Under the pieces are notes generated by a model that was given only the letters and a program-made list of their open reading frames with translations, was not told where the DNA came from and searched no databases. Shown here one piece after another: positions 18,337 through 27,555 of a stretch of 31,667 bases of DNA; position 1 is the first letter of the stretch, and the number at the start of each line of letters is the position of its first letter. Source of the DNA: Gemmatimonadota bacterium (GTDB lineage: Bacteria > Latescibacterota > UBA2968 > UBA8231); the NCBI GenBank assembly GCA_038153405.1, contig JAYOYH010000003.1:1-31667 (forward strand), read 5' to 3'. The translations under genes and the position numbers were made by a program.

Positions 18337-19776
18337 TTAGGGCTGGATGGCCTGCTGTGCCAATTCAACGCAGCGCGCCACATCGTAGTCGCGCAGGATC
18401 GTTATCTTCTGCGTTTCCAGCGACCCTTCAGCGTGAATGGCGAGCAGTTCGTTATAGCCGCCAAACGTCGACGCCGTCAGATCGCGCACTAAGTTGAGCG
18501 CGCGCAGGCGCTCCTCGGCGCCAATGCCCTGACTGCCGCCCAGAAAGCGCTCGATATAGGGTTTTGTCTGCGGATTCTGCCAGTCCTCTTCGGATGGTCC
18601 GGTCACGACCAATCCACCCGCAATATCCTGCACCCAGGAGACGGCTTCGTGATAGCCATTGGCAAAGTGAAATTTAGCCAAATTCGAATAAATAATATTG
18701 GGCACCGCCGTGCCCGTATCGCGCGTGCTACAGGCGTGTGCAGCGGCCAGACTAAGACCGCGCACCGTCTCTGCATAGGCGATCAGCTTAGTGAGTTTTT
18801 CGCGCACGTGACTAGCTTTGCCAATTCCATTGAAATGGGCCAGCATAGCCGCCGCGCCAATAAAGAGATCGCAGAGTGGGGGCTTGTAAGAAACGGCCGT
18901 AAAGCGGTGGAATTCGACAAAGGTATTGGCCAACGCGCCGGCGTATTGCCACTCGCCCTTGAGAAAGATGCGCTCGTTGGGAATAAACACATCATCGAAA
19001 ATGGTCAGCGTATCGATCATGCGGTGCAACGAGCTGACGGGATGGTGAAATTTGCTGACCGGCGGCGAGCCGAAGGGGCTGGCAATTAGCTTTACGCCCG
19101 GCGTATTGACCGGCACTGCAAAGGATACAGCATAGGCCGAATCGTCCTCTTTGAAGGCACGCGTTGGCAGGACGATAAGCTCATCTACATAGGGAGCACA
19201 GGTCGTATGGGCCTTGGCACCCCGCACCACGATGCCATCGGCCCGCTCTTCGACGATGTGCACATAGTAGTCGGGATGCTCCTGCTGAGAAGGCAGCAGC
19301 GAGCGGTCGCCCTTCACGTCCGTTTGCGCAACGGCCAAACTCCAATCGCCCCGTTTGCACGCCTCGATGTAGGCGGCCACCCGCGCGCGGTACTCTGTTC
19401 CCAGCGCGTGGTCGATTTCGCCCGTGACTAAGTCGAGCGCAAAGAGCGCATCGCTGCCAATTTCCTTTATCAGCAGGACTACTCCGCCGCCCAGTCGCGT
19501 AGAGCGCTCGATCATCTCGCGGCGGTTGAGCAGATCGCCGGCGCTCTCGGGCACTTTAAAGTAGCGGCTCGCCCGTTCGCCGATTGCATTATCCTGCCAG
19601 GTCATCAGCTCGCTATGAGCCGGATCTTCAGCCATCGCAAAGTCGAGCGCCACGTGTTCAACCCCGATGCCCAAATCGTGGTGCGCAACGACATCGTCCA
19701 CTGCTTCGCCGCGGTAATAGACGACGCGGCCGTCGCGCAGGCCCTCCTTGAATTGATCCGGACTACGCAGTCCCAT
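18337..19776 (-). CDS. 4-hydroxybutyryl-CoA dehydratase / 4-hydroxyphenylacetate 3-hydroxylase (AbfD/HpaB) family flavoprotein
   Basis: AQTDVKGDRS, GIVVRGAKAHTT, YAVSFAVP, FDDVFIPNERIFL, DIAGG. Real start is ATG 19776 (MGLRSP) with GAGGAA RBS. Confidence 0.9.
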   Translation of the reverse strand: MGLRSPDQFKEGLRDGRVVYYRGEAVDDVVAHHDLGIGVEHVALDFAMAEDPAHSELMTWQDNAIGERASRYFKVPESAGDLLNRREMIERSTRLGGGVVLLIKEIGSDALFALDLVTGEIDHALGTEYRARVAAYIEACKRGDWSLAVAQTDVKGDRSLLPSQQEHPDYYVHIVEERADGIVVRGAKAHTTCAPYVDELIVLPTRAFKEDDSAYAVSFAVPVNTPGVKLIASPFGSPPVSKFHHPVSSLHRMIDTLTIFDDVFIPNERIFLKGEWQYAGALANTFVEFHRFTAVSYKPPLCDLFIGAAAMLAHFNGIGKASHVREKLTKLIAYAETVRGLSLAAAHACSTRDTGTAVPNIIYSNLAKFHFANGYHEAVSWVQDIAGGLVVTGPSEEDWQNPQTKPYIERFLGGSQGIGAEERLRALNLVRDLTASTFGGYNELLAIHAEGSLETQKITILRDYDVARCVELAQQAIQP

Positions 19777-19790
19777 AGTTCCTCTCTTTT

Positions 19791-22016
19791 TTAGTTTTTT
19801 AGGCGCTTGCCCGTCGCCAGCATATGGTCGATGCGCTGACGCGTCTCCTCGCTTGCACATAACGCCATAAAAGCCTCGCGCTCCAGTGTTAAAAGCTCTT
19901 CTGTGCTGCAGGCGCGCGCCGGCCCACCGCCGCCGGTCAACGCACGGGCTAGATGCATGCCAACTACGCCGTCGTATGCGCTCATTGCTCCCTGCTCTAT
20001 GCGTTCGTCTACCCACGTCTTCAGCGCGCGGTGTGCCTCTTGGCCGCCGATGCGAACGAGTGCGTCGGCGGGAGCGTGCTGCCCGCTATCTACCCATGCG
20101 CGCAGCGTTTCTATCGCGCGCGCGAGCAATGCCTCTTCGCCAAAGATTACGCGATCGTTTTCGCTTAGGAATCCGCGCGCGCGCGCCTCAAAAGCATTTT
20201 CGCACAGATGGCCCTGACACAGCGTCTCAAAGACGGGTAGCAGATTCGCTGCCCCCGCCGTTCTCGCCATATGGACGATGCCCCCCCCCGAAGGCAAGAG
20301 CCCCACCCCGGCTTCGACTAGGCCGATGCGCGCTTCAGCAGCCACCACGCGCGCATGCGCAGCCAAGCTAAATTCACATCCCCCGCCCAAGCAAAGACCG
20401 CGCACCGCAGCCACCACCGGAAAGGGGGCCAGGCGAATAGATTCAACGGCACGCTGAAAGTCGACGAGGAATTGGGCTAGCTCCTCTTGGGTAAAGCCAG
20501 CGATATCGCGCAGGTTCGCCCCGACCGAAAAATTAGGTTCAGTGCCACATAGCAGGAGACCGGTAAAGGGCCGTTCGCGCTCCAGCCAACGCACGGCGTC
20601 AATCACACCTCGGCCCAAGGCATTCATCTTGCCGCAAAACACCAGCGCCCCCAAGCCGTCGTCTAGCGGGCAAACAAAGGCTTCGTCGTTAGCCATCAGC
20701 GCCCTGTCGGAGCGCAGCAAGCCGCTGGGGTCGTCTCCCGTGCGCTCATCGGAGAGCGGCTGCGACGCGATATGAGCGCGTCCCGATGCGCGCGCTTCCT
20801 CTACGAGGGGTGGAAGGGGTTCAACCCCGGCTGCCACCGATTCCATACCCAACGCATTCCACAGCGCAAACGGGCCTAGTTCCCAGTTAAATCCCCAGCG
20901 CATGGCATCGTCAATATCGCCCGGGCATTCGGCTATTTGGTCGGCGTGCCAAGCCGCGTAGAGCAGCACCTCGCGCAGGTGCTGGCGTGCCAAATCGCCC
21001 CAGTGCCCACCGTCGTTCCACAGGGCCAGAACGCGCTCGCGCGCCGATCCGCCCACTCCCTCCAACGCGCCCATGGCTGCGGGGGTGGATGCTTCATATT
21101 CGAGCGTGTGCGGGTTGAGGACGAGGATTCCACGATCGTCTTTGCGATAAAATCCCCCGCCGGCCTTGGCGCCCAGCAACCCGGCGTCGAGCATCCGCTC
21201 AAGGAGCGCAGGAGCAGCAAAGTGCGATCGCCAGGGGTCATCGACCAGCAACTGCTGCGCCGTGCCGGCTACCCGCATCAGCGTATCGAGGCCGATGATA
21301 TCGCATAGGCGCAGCGTAGCGCTAGTCGGGCGCCCCATTAACCGCCCGCTCAGCGCATCGACTTCGGCTACCGTTAGCGCTTCGCGCTCCATCAGGTGCA
21401 GCATTGATAGCACGGCAAACACCCCCAGGCGGTTGCCGATAAAGTTGGGTGTATCGCGCGCTACGACGACGCCCTTACCCAACTCATTGCGCAAAAAATT
21501 GGCCATTTGCCGCACAAGGTTGGGATCTGTTGCCGCTCCGGGCACGGCCTCGACGAGCTTCATATAGCGCGGGGGATTAAAAAAATGAATGCCCATAAAG
21601 CGACGGGTAAAAGACTCGGAGCGCCCCGCCGCCAATGCGGCAATCGACAGCCCAGAGGTATTGCTGCTGACAACGGCCTCCCCTTCTACCTCGGCGTCTA
21701 CACGGGCGAGTATCTGCTGTTTGGTCTGCAGGTCTTCAACTACCGCTTCGACAATCCAATCAGCCCCAGACAGCTGCGATAAATCGGCGAATGTACCCAC
21801 CTCGATCCGCTCGGCCATATCGGCTGTATAAAAGGCCGGTGGCCGAGCGCGCAGCGCCTTGTCGATCCCCTCTACAGCCCGGCGTGCGCCCCCTTGCTCA
21901 TCGGGCAAGTCCAGCAGCAAAACGCGTCGACCACTAGCCGCTACTAGGGCGGCGATTTGCACCCCCATCACACCGGCACCGAGGACGGCAACCGCGCGCG
22001 GCCATGCCCCGTTCAC
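19791..22016 (-). CDS. 3-hydroxyacyl-CoA dehydrogenase / enoyl-CoA hydratase fusion (FadN-like)
   Basis: GAGVMG, EAVVEDL, SSNTSG, HFFNPPRYM, DTPNFIGNR, GFNWELGPF; C-terminal crotonase (FSVGANL, LGGGCE, GLVEAGVGLLP); ends HMLATGKRLKN. Confidence 0.93.
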   Translation of the reverse strand: MNGAWPRAVAVLGAGVMGVQIAALVAASGRRVLLLDLPDEQGGARRAVEGIDKALRARPPAFYTADMAERIEVGTFADLSQLSGADWIVEAVVEDLQTKQQILARVDAEVEGEAVVSSNTSGLSIAALAAGRSESFTRRFMGIHFFNPPRYMKLVEAVPGAATDPNLVRQMANFLRNELGKGVVVARDTPNFIGNRLGVFAVLSMLHLMEREALTVAEVDALSGRLMGRPTSATLRLCDIIGLDTLMRVAGTAQQLLVDDPWRSHFAAPALLERMLDAGLLGAKAGGGFYRKDDRGILVLNPHTLEYEASTPAAMGALEGVGGSARERVLALWNDGGHWGDLARQHLREVLLYAAWHADQIAECPGDIDDAMRWGFNWELGPFALWNALGMESVAAGVEPLPPLVEEARASGRAHIASQPLSDERTGDDPSGLLRSDRALMANDEAFVCPLDDGLGALVFCGKMNALGRGVIDAVRWLERERPFTGLLLCGTEPNFSVGANLRDIAGFTQEELAQFLVDFQRAVESIRLAPFPVVAAVRGLCLGGGCEFSLAAHARVVAAEARIGLVEAGVGLLPSGGGIVHMARTAGAANLLPVFETLCQGHLCENAFEARARGFLSENDRVIFGEEALLARAIETLRAWVDSGQHAPADALVRIGGQEAHRALKTWVDERIEQGAMSAYDGVVGMHLARALTGGGGPARACSTEELLTLEREAFMALCASEETRQRIDHMLATGKRLKN

Positions 22017-23569
22017 TGCCCCACACCTACAATGGGTGCATTGACGTAGATAAGACGACCCAGTTTTATGACGTTTTCCTCGTTCTTGGCCTGGTCGAGC
22101 GCCGAGGCCAAATCAAATACGCGGGAGAAGGCGTCAATTGTGAATATTTGCAGCACCCAAAGCGGCGAGTACCCTTCATCCCCGGGCAGGCGCGTTACTA
22201 CATTGTGAGTGGTGGCCCCCTGCAAATCCTCGGCAAAGCCATCGCGCTCGTCGCGGTTGTTATCAAAGAAGGCATACATCTGCGGCGTATTGATCTGTCC
22301 GGCACCAAAATCGATTTGTGCGCTGCTCTGCGGATTTTCAAACTGCAGATATTTTACGATGCGCCCGTCATACCAGCCGTCAAAGCTGCTCCTGCGCGCT
22401 CCCGCATCAATGCGCAAACGGGCGCTCGAACCCAGCGGAACCATAACGTGGTTTAGCACCTGTTCAGTCGGCGTAATTTCCAGCCCAGCAGCCAGCAATT
22501 CGGCGGCCGAATCGAAGCTATTCGCCCTATAGTTGCGATCCTGTATGCCCACCCTATGCAGTTGCCAAAAGTCGCTGTAGTCAACCTGACCCGGAATGCG
22601 GTCATAAATGAGCAGTTGCCCATTAATGACATCGCCTCGCCTGTCCACGAGTTGGTATACCACGCCGGGCGTTTTCGGACGCACATCGAAATTGTAAAAG
22701 GATATGATCTCGCCATTGGGACCAAAGCCGCGCTTGAGAAAGCGCGGGGAGTCGAAGTCGATGGGTTCGTTGGGTGCGGGCAAATCGGGATTGTCCGAGC
22801 GGCGGAAAAAAGTCCCCATATCATCGCTGAAGCGATCGATGGCAACGATGGGTAAATACGTTGGAAAATGGGCGACTACGCGCACCGTACCGCCGAATAT
22901 TTCCATTGCGATGCGCGCCAACAAGTCCTCGCGAATATCGGTGCGAATATCGTTTTGCACGAGGACCTGCTGCTCGTTGTCGTAGCCGAGCAGGGTAACG
23001 GCGATATCCGAACCGGTCGGTATACCGACGATGCGCTGAGTCATCGTGCCGGTGCTCGGATACACGCGCAGCAGCGTATCGATGCCAGCGTCGATGTGCA
23101 CCTGCAGTTCGGTTACTTCTGGGGGTAGGTTAGAAATGACCTCCATGCCGCCTAGGAGGCGGCGCAATTCCACTCGAACTTCCTCTGCTTTTTCGCTGAC
23201 GTCCAGCGTCTCGGCTGCAGCAAACGTCGGTATGCCGCTCCGATCGAGCGCCACGATGGAAATCGCCCTGCGCTCACCGGGCGTCATGCCGCCCACGCGC
23301 GTCCGCGCATTGCTGCCAATAATATCCATCTGCCCTTCGACGGTGGGCATATCGCCAGCGGAAACTACGTAGTGGACCTCGCGGATGCGCTCGGCAATTT
23401 CGCCGCGGTAAGCCGCGGGGAATTCGCCCAACAAGACGAACCCTTCCCCGTCGTCCTCGCCCAGGCGCGGATCGGCGGGATTGGCCCGTTCGGGCAGGCC
23501 GCAGGCCCCGTGCCAGCACAGGATAGCGCCCACAGCGAGGGCATAGAAGGAGAAAGAGAAACGCCTCAC
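22013..23569 (-). CDS. Hypothetical lipoprotein with two N-terminal beta-rich modules and two C-terminal PGxxxYSxxW repeats
   Basis: GTG 23569 overlaps the upstream TGA; signal peptide ending GAC followed by ERANPADP; repeats IPGQVDYSDFW...VLNHVMV and LPGDEGYSPLW...YVNAPIV. Confidence 0.75.
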   Translation of the reverse strand: MRRFSFSFYALAVGAILCWHGACGLPERANPADPRLGEDDGEGFVLLGEFPAAYRGEIAERIREVHYVVSAGDMPTVEGQMDIIGSNARTRVGGMTPGERRAISIVALDRSGIPTFAAAETLDVSEKAEEVRVELRRLLGGMEVISNLPPEVTELQVHIDAGIDTLLRVYPSTGTMTQRIVGIPTGSDIAVTLLGYDNEQQVLVQNDIRTDIREDLLARIAMEIFGGTVRVVAHFPTYLPIVAIDRFSDDMGTFFRRSDNPDLPAPNEPIDFDSPRFLKRGFGPNGEIISFYNFDVRPKTPGVVYQLVDRRGDVINGQLLIYDRIPGQVDYSDFWQLHRVGIQDRNYRANSFDSAAELLAAGLEITPTEQVLNHVMVPLGSSARLRIDAGARRSSFDGWYDGRIVKYLQFENPQSSAQIDFGAGQINTPQMYAFFDNNRDERDGFAEDLQGATTHNVVTRLPGDEGYSPLWVLQIFTIDAFSRVFDLASALDQAKNEENVIKLGRLIYVNAPIVGVGQ

Positions 23570-23817
23570 TGGGTGCGTGCACGGGAGAAAAGGGGGAGCT
23601 GATCTCGATCGAATACCGGATATCGTCCCTCGTGGGGCACATCCCCCCACCGGCACCGCGCCAGCCAACCGCTCGTTTCACTGTGGCCAAGGCGCACCAA
23701 CTTGCCCAACCGATAATGAGGTATCGTTACCCGCCCGGCCAAACGACGCACCGCAGAGACAGGACAGCACAAATAGTCGGCGACTTCGTCGGCTGTTATC
23801 AGGCGTTCTCGCACCAC
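23566..23817 (-). CDS. Excisionase/AlpA-like (HTH_17) small DNA-binding protein
   Basis: LITADEVADYL...AVRRLA...IPHYRLGKLVR...WL; GGAGG RBS; stop overlaps the next start (GTGA). Confidence 0.75.
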   Translation of the reverse strand: MVRERLITADEVADYLCCPVSAVRRLAGRVTIPHYRLGKLVRLGHSETSGWLARCRWGDVPHEGRYPVFDRDQLPLFSRARTQ

Positions 23818-23838
23818 GATTCACCGCCTCCGTTGGAA

Positions 23839-24279
23839 TTATATTTCGACCGTCTGATCCACTGTAAAGAAGTTGTTGTCCGTCTCCTGAATCGTCACTT
23901 CGATGCGGTAGTGCACACCTGCACCAGGAAACAAGCGTTGCAACACTTCCACTGCCTGGTCTATGCAATAGTGGGCCACGTTTTCCACACTGGGATTGTC
24001 CCCTGGCATTACGACGACCCCTTCGGGCTCAAATAGGCCGGATTTGAGGAAGGTCGCGTCGCGATGAGAAACGAGCATTTTGTGATCTAGTTGCTTGAAT
24101 ATGTCCTTCAACGCGCCGAAATCGACCGACATATCCAGCTTTGGATCGCGGGGAAAGCGCTCGGCCTGCACGGAGAACGATCCGCGCCACGTGTGTCCGT
24201 GTACCCAGGCACACTTGCCTGCGTAGTCGAGTTGGCGATGCGCTGCGTGAAATTTTCCTTTGGCCCGAATGGTTTCCAT
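23839..24279 (-). CDS. queD: 6-carboxytetrahydropterin synthase (QueD/PTPS family)
   Basis: FHAAHR, CAWVHGHTW (CxxxHGH), VDFGALK, LDHK, PSVENVA, IQET. ATG 24279 (METIRAK) overlaps the upstream TAA. Confidence 0.9.
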   Translation of the reverse strand: METIRAKGKFHAAHRQLDYAGKCAWVHGHTWRGSFSVQAERFPRDPKLDMSVDFGALKDIFKQLDHKMLVSHRDATFLKSGLFEPEGVVVMPGDNPSVENVAHYCIDQAVEVLQRLFPGAGVHYRIEVTIQETDNNFFTVDQTVEI

Positions 24280-24536
24280 TATGCCTCCCGTTCGTTTCCT
24301 GTCGTCTCTCCTAGCGTGGAGTCTGGCAGGCCTGCCCCGTCTCCAACGCGCGTTCGCACGGCCCAAAGGATGAGCGAAAAAATACCTAGGGCAACCACCA
24401 ACCAGTACATGGCTTTGCCAAAGAGGACCACCCAATCGGCGGTCGACAAGGTCGTAGCCAGGATGATCAGAGCGATCGCCCCAAGAATACCTGCCGTGCT
24501 GTAGCGCATGAGTTTATTGTAAACGGCTGAGCGCAC
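24279..24536 (-). CDS. Small two-TM membrane protein
   Basis: AGGAGG RBS before GTG 24536; two hydrophobic helices; TAATG overlap with queD. Confidence 0.7.
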   Translation of the reverse strand: MRSAVYNKLMRYSTAGILGAIALIILATTLSTADWVVLFGKAMYWLVVALGIFSLILWAVRTRVGDGAGLPDSTLGETTGNEREA

Positions 24537-24595
24537 GCTGCAATCCTCCTATTGCCTCAGTATGTGTCTAAACTAATGCCAATACACCGCCGGAC

Positions 24596-25771
24596 TCAAG
24601 CCCGCTGAACGATCCACTGCTGGGCAGCATGGCGCACCTCGGCATCGACGGCAAAAACTTCGCCGATCTCTGCGGCATCCCGAACGGTGTGCGCCTCGAG
24701 CAGGTCCGCATTGAGTGCGGCAATATCCAAAAAGCCAATCTGACCGGCTAAAAAGGCGGCAACGGCAACCTCGTTGGCCGCATTGAGCGCGGCTGGTGCC
24801 GTGCCCCCGCTTTGCCCCGCTGCGTAGCACAAATCCAAACAGGGGAAATTCTCGCGGTCGGGTCGGGCAAAGCTCAACTGGCCGACTGCAGCCAGATCCA
24901 ACCTTCCCAGCGGCGAGGGCCGCCGCTCCGGATGAGTCAAGGCGTACTGTATCGGGAGAGACATATCGGTCTTGCCCAAATGGGCGAGCAGCGCACCGTC
25001 GACCAATTCGACGAGCGAATGGACAACCGATTGGCGATGAATGAGCACTTCGACGGAAGATATAGGTAAGTCGAAGAGCCACGATGCCTCGATGGCTTCA
25101 AACCCCTTGTTCATCAGCGTCGCCGAATCGACGGTAATTTTGGGACCCATTTTCCAGGTCGGGTGATCGAGGGCTTCTTCGGGTGTGATGGCGCGCATAG
25201 ATTCTTTGCTACGGGAGAAAAAAGGACCACCCGACGCGGTGAGAATTATGCGCTCGAGGTTTGCTCTCCCCTCGCCCTTGAGGCACTGCCAAATCGCATT
25301 GGGCTCGCTGTCTAGGGGAAGTATAGTGCCCCCTCCGCGACGCGCGGCATCGATCAGCAAACCACCGGCCATGACAATCGGCTCTTTATTGGCCATGGCC
25401 ACGACCTTACCCGCTTCTAGCGCGGCAAGCGTGGGCCGCAGCCCAAGGGCGCCAACCAGCCCGTTGATAACGATGTCGGCCTCGGCCAAGGTGGCCATTT
25501 CTACGAGGCCGGCTTCGCCCATGAGCAGCTTAGCTGCAGACGGGCCGAACCGACTCGCCTGCTGGAGGCCGGGGACGCAGACCAAGGAAGGCTGCCACTG
25601 GGCAGCAAGCGCTGCCAACTTAGCGACCTTCGCACCCCCGCTCATACCCAATACGCGATAGCCTTTCCCTAAACTGGCTAACGCGCCAAACGAACTATCG
25701 CCGATGGAGCCGGTAGCACCCAGCACGACGACATTCTTCACTTCTCGATCAGCGCTCATCCGCGCATCCAC
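24596..25771 (-). CDS. dxr: 1-deoxy-D-xylulose-5-phosphate reductoisomerase
   Basis: LGATGSIG, ANKE, DSE, LTASGGPF, HPTWKMGPKITVDSATLMNKGFE, NAANEVAV. Start may be ATG 25759. Confidence 0.97.
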   Translation of the reverse strand: MDARMSADREVKNVVVLGATGSIGDSSFGALASLGKGYRVLGMSGGAKVAKLAALAAQWQPSLVCVPGLQQASRFGPSAAKLLMGEAGLVEMATLAEADIVINGLVGALGLRPTLAALEAGKVVAMANKEPIVMAGGLLIDAARRGGGTILPLDSEPNAIWQCLKGEGRANLERIILTASGGPFFSRSKESMRAITPEEALDHPTWKMGPKITVDSATLMNKGFEAIEASWLFDLPISSVEVLIHRQSVVHSLVELVDGALLAHLGKTDMSLPIQYALTHPERRPSPLGRLDLAAVGQLSFARPDRENFPCLDLCYAAGQSGGTAPAALNAANEVAVAAFLAGQIGFLDIAALNADLLEAHTVRDAAEIGEVFAVDAEVRHAAQQWIVQRA

Positions 25772-25813
25772 CTCAGCGGCTGGCTCACCGTCGCAGCACG
25801 CGAATGGGTGGCC

Positions 25814-27469
25814 TCAGTTGGGTGAAATGCCACTGGCAGCACCGCGCCGCCCGCTGCCGCCACGCCGCCCGCTGCGCGCCCGGCTGCGCTGGGGCCGATT
25901 GCGCCCAGTAAAGCGAACGGAGTGCGTTTCGCGGACGACCATCACCTTGACCTGACCGGCGAAGGTGAGTTCGTTTTTTACTCGCTCGGCAATGTCGAAT
26001 GCCAGCATTTCGGCATCGTCATCGCCAATGCGCTCCCCCTTCACCATAACGCGAATTTCGCGCCCGGCATTGATGGCGTAGACGTCTTTGACCCCCTCAA
26101 AGGAGTTTGCGATTTCCTCCAAGCGCATAATGCGCCGGGCATAGCCTTCGAGGTCTTCGCGCCGCCCGCCGGGACGAATCGAAGAAATGGTATCGGCCGC
26201 CTTGACCAAAAAGCCTATCGACGACATGCGCTCGTTGTCTTCGTGGTGCTCGGCGATGGCCTCTTTGACAATGGGGTGCTCGTCGAAGTGGTCGCCCAAT
26301 TCAATGCCTAGTTCAATGTGCGAACCCTCCATTTCGCGACTAACGGTTTTACCGATGTCGTGCAGCAGACCGGCGCGCTTTGTCAAGCGCACATCCAACC
26401 CCAGTTCGGCCGCCATCAGTCCAGCTAAGTGCGCCACTTCAAGGCAGTGCTGCAGCAAGTTCTGGCCAAAGCTGGCCCGGTATTTGAGCATGCCTACGTA
26501 GTGCGGCAGTTCGGCATGGAAGGTGTTGGCACCGATTTCAGCCAGGGCCTTTTTGCCTTCTTTGATCATGTCCTCGTCGAGCTCTTTGCGACACGACTCG
26601 ACAACTTCCTCGATGCGGCTAGGGGTAAACCCGCCATCGGCAATAAGCTGACGCATAGCTCGACTGGCGACTTCGCGCCGGGCCGGATCGTAAGAAGAGA
26701 GCAATACCGTTTCGGGCGTATCATCGACCACGACCTTCACCCCCGTGGCCGCTTCGAAGGTGCGCACATTGCGCCCCTCTTTGCCTATGATCCGGCTCTT
26801 TATGCCCTCGTTGGGCAGTTCGACGCTTGAGGTGGTCACTTGCACGGCCTCCTCGACGGCGCAGCGCTGGATCGCCATGGCGATGATCTTTTTCGCCTCG
26901 CGATCGGAGTCTTCCTTAGCCCGGGCGCGCTCGGCTCGCACCAGGGCCGCCGAACGAGCGCGCACTTCAACGGACAGGTGTTCCATCATCTGGTCGCGCG
27001 CCTCGTCGACGCTGAGGCTAGCCACTACTTCCAGTCGCTCTTGGTACTCGCGCACCTTGAGGTCGAGTTCGTCCTCTTTCTCCTTAGCCGCCTTTTCTCG
27101 CTGGGCGACCTTGCCCTCATATTGCTTGGAACGGCTCATGTCTTTGTCCAACTGCTCCCGTTTGGACTCCAAGCCATGGCGCGCATCTGCCAGCTCTTTT
27201 TCCCGCTGCACTAAACGGACCGACTGCTCTTCTACCTCCTTTTCGTGCTGGGCTTTTGTCTTATACCATTCGTCTTTCTCTTCGAGGAGTAGCAACCGCT
27301 GGTTGCGCTCTTCTTCGGCCAATATATGGGCGATGCGCTGTTCGGCATCGCGCTCTACGCGCGCCACTGCACTGCGGCGGGCTTGCCCACTTAGCAGATA
27401 GCCAACGACACCGCCAAGGGCTAACATGCCCAATCCGGCCAACAGCACGTTCAAATCGGTGTAGGTCAT
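25814..27469 (-). CDS. rny: Ribonuclease Y
   Basis: N-terminal TM, coiled coil, KH domain (RIIGKEGRN), HD domain (SFGQNLLQH, LLHDIGK), C-terminal AINAGREIRV. Confidence 0.96.
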   Translation of the reverse strand: MTYTDLNVLLAGLGMLALGGVVGYLLSGQARRSAVARVERDAEQRIAHILAEEERNQRLLLLEEKDEWYKTKAQHEKEVEEQSVRLVQREKELADARHGLESKREQLDKDMSRSKQYEGKVAQREKAAKEKEDELDLKVREYQERLEVVASLSVDEARDQMMEHLSVEVRARSAALVRAERARAKEDSDREAKKIIAMAIQRCAVEEAVQVTTSSVELPNEGIKSRIIGKEGRNVRTFEAATGVKVVVDDTPETVLLSSYDPARREVASRAMRQLIADGGFTPSRIEEVVESCRKELDEDMIKEGKKALAEIGANTFHAELPHYVGMLKYRASFGQNLLQHCLEVAHLAGLMAAELGLDVRLTKRAGLLHDIGKTVSREMEGSHIELGIELGDHFDEHPIVKEAIAEHHEDNERMSSIGFLVKAADTISSIRPGGRREDLEGYARRIMRLEEIANSFEGVKDVYAINAGREIRVMVKGERIGDDDAEMLAFDIAERVKNELTFAGQVKVMVVRETHSVRFTGRNRPQRSRARSGRRGGSGRRGAASGISPN

Positions 27470-27555
27470 ATAGCCGAACCCTTCATCTGCGTTGTTGCGT
27501 TAAAGACAGCTCTTCTATAGATAGCAAAGCGGGCCGATCGCAGCAACCACATGCC

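Noticed and set aside
19777..20016. N-terminal extensions in the ORF track for the AbfD-like gene (and similarly GNAT, sigma, queD, sodA, IscU-like, lipoprotein)
   Set aside because: They overlap upstream genes or promoters; downstream starts with RBS or stop-start coupling fit the families better.
27470..27555. 6S RNA upstream of rny
   Set aside because: The gap is only 86 nt, too short for 6S RNA, and shows no long hairpin.
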